From the IMG/VR virus record IMGVR_UViG_3300048854_000134, positions 5,225 to 69,224 of that record: DNA of 64,000 nt, one strand, 5' to 3'. The stretch is from a virus (Duplodnaviria > Caudoviricetes). The notes below the pieces were generated by a model. That model did not search any database. It was not told the DNA's origin and saw only the letters and a program-made list of their open reading frames with translations. Of this stretch, positions 1-7,023 are shown piece after piece (the first letter of the stretch is position 1; every line of letters begins with the position of its first letter). Position numbers and translations under genes: made by a program.

Positions 1-396
1 GCGGATTTCGTTGCGCGGCTCGCTTTCGACGTCGTGCGCATCGGGCCACCAGTGCCGCAGGTTCTCGCCAGCAGGCAGGTAAGCAACGAGCTGCGCGAAG
101 CCTTCGCCTTCTCCGCTACACCAGTACGGTCCGGGCGGCGGGAAGGCCATCGGACGGTAATCAAGCGCATTCGCTTTGAAGCAGTGCCATGTCCACTTAG
201 GCGCGTGCGGGTAATACGCACCGGGCCAAGGCTGCGGTCCGTCGGGTGTGCGCCCGTTCATGCCGAGCGGTCCGATCCATTCGCCGGGCTTGCACTCCGC
301 AACGGCGCGCTGTTCGTTGTCGAATACTCCCATCACTTCCCACACACCGCCCTTAGGCGTCTGCTGGATGGTTCGACCGATCACGAAGATTTGCAT
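1..396 (-). CDS. Hypothetical protein, runs off the window edge (MQIFVIGRTIQQTPKGGVWEVMG...)
   Basis: Manually translated; ATG at 396, frame open to position 1; absent from the ORF track, presumably because it is truncated. Confidence 0.6.
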   Translation of the reverse strand, partial: MQIFVIGRTIQQTPKGGVWEVMGVFDNEQRAVAECKPGEWIGPLGMNGRTPDGPQPWPGAYYPHAPKWTWHCFKANALDYRPMAFPPPGPYWCSGEGEGFAQLVAYLPAGENLRHWWPDAHDVESEPRNEIR

Positions 397-408
397 GGTT
401 CTGCCTCG

Positions 409-440
409 AAAAAGAACGCCCACAGCCGAGACCGCGGGCG
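409..440 (-). terminator. Putative intrinsic terminator
   Basis: GCCCGCGG/CTGTGGGC hairpin followed by TTCTTTTT on the minus strand. Confidence 0.45.
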
Positions 441-469
441 CTAAAGGACTCTGCAGTCCTGAGAGGAGA

Positions 470-736
470 TCACTGCCTGATGCGGCGCCACAACGACGCG
501 ATCTCCGCGTCTTCGTGGGCGCCAAATTCTTCGATACGGCGCCACAAAGCGTCCGCTTCATGTTCCAGCCGTGTTTCTTCGTTCTTCACGCGCGACCACA
601 GGCGCACGATCTCGTTATCTGCGTGCGCTCCGAAACCAGCCAGGAGACACCAGAAGCGATCGTGATGCGGTTGCGACTCCCGTTTAACCTCACCGTGAAG
701 TGCGGCAAGCGGGCGGTACGTCTTTGATCCAGACAT
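470..736 (-). CDS. Hypothetical protein with three (E/D)xxxLWxR(I/V) repeats
   Basis: 88-aa ORF co-oriented with neighbours; internal repeats. Confidence 0.6.
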   Translation of the reverse strand: MSGSKTYRPLAALHGEVKRESQPHHDRFWCLLAGFGAHADNEIVRLWSRVKNEETRLEHEADALWRRIEEFGAHEDAEIASLWRRIRQ

Positions 737-799
737 CTCACGTCCTCCGGAAACGCACGCCGCGGTTGATGGCGGCGCGCTGAGCGACCTTGCGGAGGC

Positions 800-1153
800 T
801 TATTCCGGCGTGACGGTGGCCGAGAGGCTTGCCAGCGGCGTGAACGTGGCGCCACCAGCGGGCGGCACTTCCACTGCGTCCACGAAGGACGTCGTCACAG
901 CGTCGCCGAGCAGCGCGCCCGTCGAGTCGAGGAACTGAGCCGAGGCGTTGAACGTGCCGTCTGCTACGCCCGCGAAATCAGCCGAGAGGCCGTCCACGTC
1001 TTGCGATTGAACAACGGCGCCATTGCTGTCGGTGATGGTGAAGCGGGTTTTGCCCTGCGTCACGCCATCGGGCAGGGGTGCGGAGGGTACAACGCCGGTA
1101 ACAGCGTCAGCGGCGGCGAGTGCAGCGAGAAGGGCGACTTTGTACGTCATCAT
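800..1153 (-). CDS. Hypothetical acidic beta-rich protein (possibly Ig-like or virion-associated)
   Basis: 117-aa ORF with GGAG RBS; alternating beta-strand pattern. Confidence 0.7.
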   Translation of the reverse strand: MMTYKVALLAALAAADAVTGVVPSAPLPDGVTQGKTRFTITDSNGAVVQSQDVDGLSADFAGVADGTFNASAQFLDSTGALLGDAVTTSFVDAVEVPPAGGATFTPLASLSATVTPE

Positions 1154-1167
1154 GGGCTCCAGAAATG

Positions 1168-1197
1168 AAAAAGCCGCTGAGCTGAGCGCTGAGCGGC
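1168..1197 (-). terminator. Terminator-like hairpin downstream of the tRNA region
   Basis: GCCGCT..AGCGGC stem followed by TTTTTCATTT on the minus strand. Confidence 0.55.
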
Positions 1198-1199
1198 GG

Positions 1200-1291
1200 G
1201 GAAATGCACGGTATTGAGCCAGTCCAGCCGGGGGTCTTACGCACGACTTCTGCTGCCCCGGGCACTTACGGCCTCACGGTGGGTTTTAAGG
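1200..1291 (-). ncRNA. Candidate structured RNA trailer 3' of the tRNA
   Basis: Nested helices CCGGGG/CCCCGG and GTC/GAC; GGCC-GTAA-GTGCC hairpin; no credible ORF. Confidence 0.35.
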
Positions 1292-1367
1292 TGGTTGCGG
1301 GAGCTGGACTTGAACCAGCGACCTTCAGGTTATGAGCCTGACGAGCTGCCAACTGCTCTATCCCGCA
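1292..1367 (-). tRNA. tRNA-Met(CAT), initiator (fMet)-type, with encoded CCA
   Basis: 76-nt cloverleaf TGCGGGATAGAGCAGTTGGCAGCTCGTCAGGCTCATAACCTGAAGGTCGCTGGTTCAAGTCCAGCTCCCGCAACCA; A11:U24, G2:C71, C3:G70, A73; anticodon at 1332-1334. Confidence 0.95.
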
Positions 1368-1680
1368 ACGGAAAGTTGAAATGACGACAAATGAAGAGGG
1401 AAGCCACTACCGCATGCCCGAAGGCCTCAGCGCGGTCATGGTGGCGGCGAATAGTGGTTCCGGCGCGCGGCGCGATCGCCGCTCGAATGTAGCCGCATAG
1501 CTATTCGAATCCGGGTCGGTCTATTCGGCTGTCACCCTCAAGGCTGCGGACTGCTATCAGGGAGCCGATACACGACCGCCGGCGAGTGCTGCCGGGGCGT
1601 TCTAACCCGTTCGGACTTACGCAGTATCTACGGCGCTCGACGTGGCTATGACGGGAGCAATCAGCAGGCTTGAAGTGACG
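1368..1680 (-). ncRNA. Candidate structured ncRNA/leader (about 310 nt) 5' of the tRNA
   Basis: Multiple nested helices, cUUCGg tetraloop at 1416-1425, no credible ORF. Confidence 0.4.
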
Positions 1681-1755
1681 GACAATTAATCCGCAAGAAT
1701 CTCTTGTATTACGCTATAGCGTTCCCATCTCGTTTGATCTATCAATGGAGACGAG

Positions 1756-2079
1756 GTGTTTATGACGATATCGGCAGACGATTTACAGCCGCAGTTGAGC
1801 GCAGCGCTTCACACGTTCGAGAAAATGTCGACGAAGGAACGCGAGACCCCCGTATCAAAGATTTACGCGGAGCGGTTTAACGCGCTGTTGATCTTGAGCA
1901 AGGAAGCGATGCCGGAGATTGATTCTCGGCAATGGCCCGCACCTATCCCGATCAAAGGCGATGCGATGGCCAGGAACCACATTGTCGACGCAACCTATGC
2001 CGACATCCGCGCATTGCTCGCAGAGGTGGAAGCTATCGTATCCGGCGGTACGACACCCATCGGATACGAAACAATCTGA
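1756..2079 (+). CDS. Hypothetical moron protein, opposite to late transcription
   Basis: 107-aa ORF, GGAG RBS before GTG, followed by a bidirectional hairpin. Confidence 0.75.
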   Translation: MFMTISADDLQPQLSAALHTFEKMSTKERETPVSKIYAERFNALLILSKEAMPEIDSRQWPAPIPIKGDAMARNHIVDATYADIRALLAEVEAIVSGGTTPIGYETI

Positions 2080-2094
2080 CGGGCGCAGTAATGC

Positions 2095-2130
2095 AAAAAG
2101 CCCCGCGAGGCTTGCGCCAGCGGGGCTTCT
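2095..2130 (-). terminator. tR'-like terminator (probably bidirectional)
   Basis: AAAAA-GCCCCGC...GCGGGGC-TTCT. Confidence 0.75.
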
Positions 2131-2157
2131 AGGGACATCTGCGGTGAGTCTGGCGAG

Positions 2158-2186
2158 ATATTAGTCTGACTGTCGCGAGAATTCAA
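2158..2186 (-). promoter_or_regulatory. pR'-like late promoter
   Basis: TTGAAT-17bp-TAATAT immediately after the Q-like gene and about 30 nt upstream of the terminator. Confidence 0.6.
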
Positions 2187-2199
2187 GCGAAATATCGCG

Positions 2200-2865
2200 T
2201 CAATGCCCCGCCAGAGCTGGGTTTGCGCGATTTCGCACGTCGTTCAACTCGTCGACGTCAAATTCCTCATCGTACTCGTCGATTTCCACAACGCCTTGCG
2301 CGCGAAATTTCCGGTCCAAACGCGTAATCCCGAGGGTCTCTAAAGTGCGGTAGTGTTTCTTCATCCAGACCGACGCGCGGAACACAGTGTCTTTGGACAG
2401 CTTGTACTCGTCGGCCAGATTCCTGAACGACAAACCGTCGCGCTCGTCTTCGGTCAGGAAGTGGCGCGCGGTCAGCTTCAGGCAGGGCGCGAGCGTCGTG
2501 ACGCCGCACGAACGGCGTGCGTGCAGCGCCAAGCGTCGGATTCCTTCACCCTTGTCGTTGCCGATCCCGAAGCGCGCCATCAGCGCGCCGCACTCGGTGG
2601 TCGGCAGCCGGTCACGCACGGCCGCCGCGATCATGGCGCACTGTCCGCGCACTTCCATCTGCGACAGCCCGCCGAAGTTCACGGTGGTCGACGGCGCGCC
2701 GCGCAGCTGCTCGAGCCAGGCGGATTGTTTGTTTGTCAGATCCGGCGCGTCCTCCATCACCTGGATCAGGAACTGCCGGAACTTGTTCTCGCCCATCGCC
2801 GGGACGGACAGGATCAGGAACGACACGTGGAGCGCTTGCTCTGTGCTCTGGAAGATGGCTTTCAC
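2200..2865 (-). CDS. Putative late-gene regulator/antiterminator (Q-like), C-terminal HTH
   Basis: Position at the end of the nin region before pR'/tR'; HTH-like SFRNLADEYKLSKDTVFR; start moved to GTG 2865 with GGAG RBS. Confidence 0.65.
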   Translation of the reverse strand: MKAIFQSTEQALHVSFLILSVPAMGENKFRQFLIQVMEDAPDLTNKQSAWLEQLRGAPSTTVNFGGLSQMEVRGQCAMIAAAVRDRLPTTECGALMARFGIGNDKGEGIRRLALHARRSCGVTTLAPCLKLTARHFLTEDERDGLSFRNLADEYKLSKDTVFRASVWMKKHYRTLETLGITRLDRKFRAQGVVEIDEYDEEFDVDELNDVRNRANPALAGH

Positions 2866-3113
2866 TTCGGTTCTCCATTGTCGTAAATCTCGCAGCGTCG
2901 AGTCTTTTCGATCTTCGATGTCGCTTTGCACTTGCGCTTTCGGCACGCCACTTCCGGGCCGCCGAGAGGCGATTTCATAACGTAGATGCAGCCTTTGCAC
3001 GTTCCTGCCTCGCGCTCGATCAGGATCTCAAGCGGATTGCGACCGCGCTCGCGGCGACGATCGCCGTAAGGCTCGATCTCGCGCGGGGGCGCCGGTTTCT
3101 TGAAGATAGTCAA
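2862..3113 (-). CDS. Small Cys-containing hypothetical protein
   Basis: TTG start overlaps upstream stop; CKGC...C...C pattern. Confidence 0.55.
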   Translation of the reverse strand: MTIFKKPAPPREIEPYGDRRRERGRNPLEILIEREAGTCKGCIYVMKSPLGGPEVACRKRKCKATSKIEKTRRCEIYDNGEPK

Positions 3114-3583
3114 ACGGCCTCCCAAAGGAGCTTTTGCCCCTGGAGTTCGAGCACGGTGTCGATTCGAGGTCTGGCGGGAGTGTTCCAGTTGCCGCCGCCC
3201 CGTGACCCGACCAGCCGCCAGCCAGCCGCCCGAACACTTGCACCTCCTTCGTCGGCAAGCGTGTACGTGATCAACCGGCGGTACCCCATGGCTCTCACTG
3301 CCCGCCATGCGGCACCGTAAAGAATCGAACATGCGTTGCGCGTGCCGTCCGTACAGCAGCGATTGACCTCAAGCGTCCATCCATCATCGTTTCCACGCGC
3401 CACCGGGCGCCCAACGATCGCGACGCCGCATATCGTCGGCGCGTGGGTCGAAAGAGCCCAGATCGATTCATTGGCGACCGCGATGCTGAATTTGTGGCCC
3501 ACCACCGGTGTGTGATGACGGTGATGTGCTGCTACCACGCTGTTTGCCTCAGCTAGGCTTATCGGAACAATGGACAGACTCAT
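3110..3583 (-). CDS. XF1762-like (GNAT-fold-like) phage protein
   Basis: HHRHH, GRPVAR, LEVNRCCTDG, LITYTL..E.GAS..AAGW motifs. Confidence 0.75.
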   Translation of the reverse strand: MSLSIVPISLAEANSVVAAHHRHHTPVVGHKFSIAVANESIWALSTHAPTICGVAIVGRPVARGNDDGWTLEVNRCCTDGTRNACSILYGAAWRAVRAMGYRRLITYTLADEGGASVRAAGWRLVGSRGGGNWNTPARPRIDTVLELQGQKLLWEAV

Positions 3584-3918
3584 CGCTGTACCACCAGCAA
3601 ACCGCGCTCAACGAGCGCGATGTAAGTGAGCGCCACCATCTCGATTTCGAAAGCGCGGCGTTCTGCCTTCGTGAAAATCCCGCCTTGGTCGAGCATTGCG
3701 TGGCAGCCGCGGACACCTGGACGGTCCGCGCACAGCGCGGCGATCGCGGCGTCGCTTGCTTTGATCCCTCCACCTTTGTTTTGATTTGTATGTGCCGCTT
3801 GGGTATGACCGCTGACACCGCAGTGCATGCAAGGCAGTTGCACGACGGCACGCCTGATGGCCTCGCTCCTGAAGGTGAGCGTTTTCGGGAACGCAACTCC
3901 AACTAGACGGGCCGTCAT
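3580..3918 (-). CDS. nin-region Zn-binding HNH-like protein (DUF968/DUF1364-like)
   Basis: PCMHCG..AAH..KGGGIK..ALC..CH pattern; start at ATG 3918 coupled to the upstream stop. Confidence 0.7.
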   Translation of the reverse strand: MTARLVGVAFPKTLTFRSEAIRRAVVQLPCMHCGVSGHTQAAHTNQNKGGGIKASDAAIAALCADRPGVRGCHAMLDQGGIFTKAERRAFEIEMVALTYIALVERGLLVVQR

Positions 3919-4349
3919 CAAAAGTCCCACTCGACGCCATGGGTGTTCGCCGCCCACGCCTGGAGGGTCGTGATGTACCGCGCCATCTCGCCCACGGTGA
4001 TCTCGCCGCGCGCAACCGACCGGCGCCGACGATGAATCCGTCCGGTGCGCTGGCTAGTCGTCTCGACCATCCCGAGGAACTCGAGCGCAAGCTTTTCGTG
4101 CCAGTAGGTGACCGGCCGCAGATCGCCGTCCTCCTCCGGCACCTCGTCGGCAATCCGCTTCAACACGTGTGAGAAGTAGAAGGCGCGCTGTTCGTCCGTC
4201 GCGTCCGCTTCCGAGGAGACCACAATCACGTGCAACGGCTTGCCGCGCTCAACAGCTGGGCCCGCGTTCGGACGGATTGCGTTCACAACACGCTGCCAGT
4301 CGGCCGGACCGCGTAGAACTACATCGGCGTACACGACGTCATCGCTCAC
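3918..4349 (-). CDS. ninB: NinB/Orf-like recombination protein
   Basis: T.EQ.A.Y, YWHE, EM..YI..L.AWAA..GVEW pattern typical of NinB; nin-region position. Confidence 0.7.
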   Translation of the reverse strand: MSDDVVYADVVLRGPADWQRVVNAIRPNAGPAVERGKPLHVIVVSSEADATDEQRAFYFSHVLKRIADEVPEEDGDLRPVTYWHEKLALEFLGMVETTSQRTGRIHRRRRSVARGEITVGEMARYITTLQAWAANTHGVEWDF

Positions 4350-4762
4350 GCTGCGTTCCTCATGGCGGCAATTTTCACGTTGGCGAGATGGAGCTTTGTC
4401 ACATCGAGTCGCGAGGTGATCTGGTCGCAGGTCACAACCGCGTTGCGCACGGGCGCCAGCTCGAGAGCCGTGAGCCTGAGGACGCCGGTTCGGTCGTAGC
4501 AGTCTGCGATCTGGTTCATGGCGCGTGCACCGCTTTCGATGATCTGGAACTCGACTTCGAACCGTGCATCGCCTTCGATGGCAACGCCAATCATGTTGAA
4601 GATCTGGCCGACGGAATCGAACTGATCGCGCGTCGGTGCTACGGCAAGCGTCGCAAGAGCGGTGTGCAGCGCCATGCCGATTTGGTCATGCAAACCGGCC
4701 GTCATCGGTATGCGGATGAGACGCGGGCGATGCGGATGCCGAGGTTTCGATGAGCGTCCCAT
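4346..4762 (-). CDS. Hypothetical protein
   Basis: 138-aa ORF coupled to both neighbours. Confidence 0.75.
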   Translation of the reverse strand: MGRSSKPRHPHRPRLIRIPMTAGLHDQIGMALHTALATLAVAPTRDQFDSVGQIFNMIGVAIEGDARFEVEFQIIESGARAMNQIADCYDRTGVLRLTALELAPVRNAVVTCDQITSRLDVTKLHLANVKIAAMRNAA

Positions 4763-5055
4763 TAGGCGGTCACCTCGAGATCTTTAGTGTGTTCGACGTC
4801 GTCGGCGACCGGGTCGCCGCGAAGAGGCGTCAGGTAGCAGTCGCCAATAGCCCAAACGGTGAACGTGTGACTAAACCCGAAGAAATCTGGACCAGTTGCT
4901 GAAAGCGGATCTTCAATCGCCCATATATCCCGGTCGTCAGCGTGGAGCACCTTTACGACCTTTCCAAGCAGTTGGGCAACGATATCGCGTTCGAAATCAG
5001 ATCCTGCCGGGCTTACCCGGCTTACCACTGCGAGTTCGTTTGGCTTGCAATTCAT
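4762..5055 (-). CDS. Hypothetical protein
   Basis: 97-aa ORF; overlapping stop/start. Confidence 0.7.
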   Translation of the reverse strand: MNCKPNELAVVSRVSPAGSDFERDIVAQLLGKVVKVLHADDRDIWAIEDPLSATGPDFFGFSHTFTVWAIGDCYLTPLRGDPVADDVEHTKDLEVTA

Positions 5056-5912
5056 AGATCCTCCAGGCTTTCGAATTGGCGGAGCGCTCGGCGCGCGTTG
5101 CGTAATGCAGAAATAAGTTCGGCGTTGCGGAGCGATTCGTCGGCACGCGAGGCAAGGTTCCTTGCTGCGGCCACTAAGTCCCAGACGCTGGACTCAGCGG
5201 ACAATCCGACAGCGGCAGCGAGATCGCTGTGCGCTTTGCTGATGCGCTGCTCGTCTTGCTTCGTTTGGGCAGATCGCGCTTCTCGCGCCAGCTTTAAGTG
5301 CTCGTCGGCGCGATCGATCTCGCGCTGCGCAGCGGCGTATAGGGATGCGATTCGATGGTCAGTTTTCGCGAGGAGATCGGACACCGCGGCTGCAACCACC
5401 TCGCCGAACCGAGCGCGAACCTTGGCGAGCGCCAAATACTCGTTAAGCGTCAGACGAGCATGACGGTCCTGCGCAGCGCGGCGCTCATGGTCCCGTCGAC
5501 CACCATCCATCAGCAGCTTGAGCCAAGCATCGCGGGGCAACTCAGGGCAGCGAACGAGCGTCGGTGCTTTTGCGACGCGCCAGCCTGCTTCGGATCGCTG
5601 GATCAGCCCGCAGCCGGCCGGAATGTCCGTTTTCTTGAGCAGATTTGCGGGCGCTGCGAAAATCACGCCGCTGGCGTATCTCAGGTAGTCGGTGTACTTG
5701 CCCTTGGTCACGTCGGCGCGGAAGTCCGACACGCTTACCTTGCACTCGTAAGCGAGCGGCATGAAGCGTGAGTAGCTGAACGGGATCGTGTACACATCCG
5801 GTCGGCTTGAGCCGGCCGGGCCGAGCTGCATGTCGGTCCAAACCATCCGGTCGGACAAGCCGCGAATATGCGACGCAAGATCCTCGGCTAAGCCGTCGTG
5901 TGTCCAGTTCAT
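5052..5912 (-). CDS. MmcB-like PD-(D/E)xK nuclease with C-terminal coiled coil
   Basis: RPDV...YECKVSVSDF..D..K...Y motif; start at ATG 5912. Confidence 0.75.
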   Translation of the reverse strand: MNWTHDGLAEDLASHIRGLSDRMVWTDMQLGPAGSSRPDVYTIPFSYSRFMPLAYECKVSVSDFRADVTKGKYTDYLRYASGVIFAAPANLLKKTDIPAGCGLIQRSEAGWRVAKAPTLVRCPELPRDAWLKLLMDGGRRDHERRAAQDRHARLTLNEYLALAKVRARFGEVVAAAVSDLLAKTDHRIASLYAAAQREIDRADEHLKLAREARSAQTKQDEQRISKAHSDLAAAVGLSAESSVWDLVAAARNLASRADESLRNAELISALRNARRALRQFESLEDL

Positions 5913-6106
5913 TGCGCGCGCTCCGGCGAATAAATTTCGCTCGCTTGCGGCTGTCTGGAAATCTTTTCGATGACCATCAAACACTGCCAGTGCAAATAGG
6001 CAGCGCGTGGCGTGCTGCCTTTGCCGTACGGCCATATGCACCACAAGTCGCTCAGACGCGCGCAGGTCCACTTGCCACGCAGTAGGTAGATGTGCGGTTT
6101 CTTCAT
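5909..6106 (-). CDS. Hypothetical protein
   Basis: 65-aa ORF coupled to neighbours by ATGA overlaps. Confidence 0.65.
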   Translation of the reverse strand: MKKPHIYLLRGKWTCARLSDLWCIWPYGKGSTPRAAYLHWQCLMVIEKISRQPQASEIYSPERAQ

Positions 6107-6531
6107 TCGAAACTCCGCGCGAACTTGCCCGATGGCTTCGATGGATCAAGCACAACAAACACGCCCCATTCATCGCGCTTCGTCTTAAGGCCCGTTTTCG
6201 ATGGATGCGGATCGTGGGCTAGCGCGCCGTCTATACCGACCGTCGCGTGCTCAACGCCGCGGTCGCTCAGCCCACTCAACTCATGCACGACACCGAAGAT
6301 GCCGTATGCCGAAAAATACGCCTGGCAATCGACGGTTAGCATCGCCAGATTGAAACCGCGAAGGAAGTCATTCACGCGCTGGTGAAAGACTTGTCCATCC
6401 GGCCAACCCTCGGCGAAGTAGGGGACCTGCTCGATCGGCATTTCCAGAACCGAGGCGATGAACGCAGTCATGCAGTTCCCGGCCTGGCCGTTCTCAAGAT
6501 CATGGAGGAGCGTTTGATCAATCGGTTTCAT
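6103..6531 (-). CDS. Hypothetical phage protein (possible Cys-His-Asp hydrolase)
   Basis: 142-aa ORF; QT..GNC, EHA, HDPHP. Confidence 0.7.
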   Translation of the reverse strand: MKPIDQTLLHDLENGQAGNCMTAFIASVLEMPIEQVPYFAEGWPDGQVFHQRVNDFLRGFNLAMLTVDCQAYFSAYGIFGVVHELSGLSDRGVEHATVGIDGALAHDPHPSKTGLKTKRDEWGVFVVLDPSKPSGKFARSFE

Positions 6532-6537
6532 CGTGCG

Positions 6538-7023
6538 TTACACCTCAAGCGGGTCAAAAGCTGGCATCTCCAGCGCGAATACCTCTTGCTGGGCAGTAAG
6601 TGGTTCGATGAGGATCTCGATGCGCGGGTTGACGCGATCGATGCCGTGATAGATGTGCTTTTCACGAACTTGCCTGTCGTTGACGTAGACGCCTTTCTGC
6701 ACGAGATAGCGCTTCGGCTTAACTCCCGCATCTTTTTGGCGCTTCGAAAGCTTTTCCTTCGCGTAGCGGTTCTGCAGGACGTCGAGCACGATCGATTCGT
6801 CAAGGTCTGGTCGTTCGCTCGCATAGAACATGTGCAGGGTGGCGCGGATCGGTCCAGTGAGCTGTACGCGAAAGACTGGCGGGATCTGCTTCAGCGCATC
6901 CGCTTCGAAGTCACGCGCCTTCTCGCTCTTGATCGACGATGGCCGTCCCGCGATCGTGACGATGTCGCGACTATTCGCTTTGGATGCTGCCTCTCCGAAG
7001 ATGATGAATTCGATCGGTCTCAT
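6538..7023 (-). CDS. rusA: RusA-like Holliday junction resolvase
   Basis: G.AASKAN, RPDLDE..VLD.LQ, NDRQV motifs. Confidence 0.8.
   Translation of the reverse strand: MRPIEFIIFGEAASKANSRDIVTIAGRPSSIKSEKARDFEADALKQIPPVFRVQLTGPIRATLHMFYASERPDLDESIVLDVLQNRYAKEKLSKRQKDAGVKPKRYLVQKGVYVNDRQVREKHIYHGIDRVNPRIEILIEPLTAQQEVFALEMPAFDPLEV

Noticed and set aside
1338-1345. CTGACGA hammerhead-like core
   Set aside because: It is just the antisense of the tRNA anticodon/D arms; no matching GAAA and stems
1694-1706. CAAGAATCTCTTG, a CI-operator-like palindrome upstream of the moron
   Set aside because: Single site with no matching -10 at the right spacing; an 8-base degenerate motif is expected by chance several times in 64 kb
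5913-6173. N-terminal extension of the 373-aa ORF
   Set aside because: Overlaps two better coupled genes; the ATG at 5912 overlaps the upstream stop
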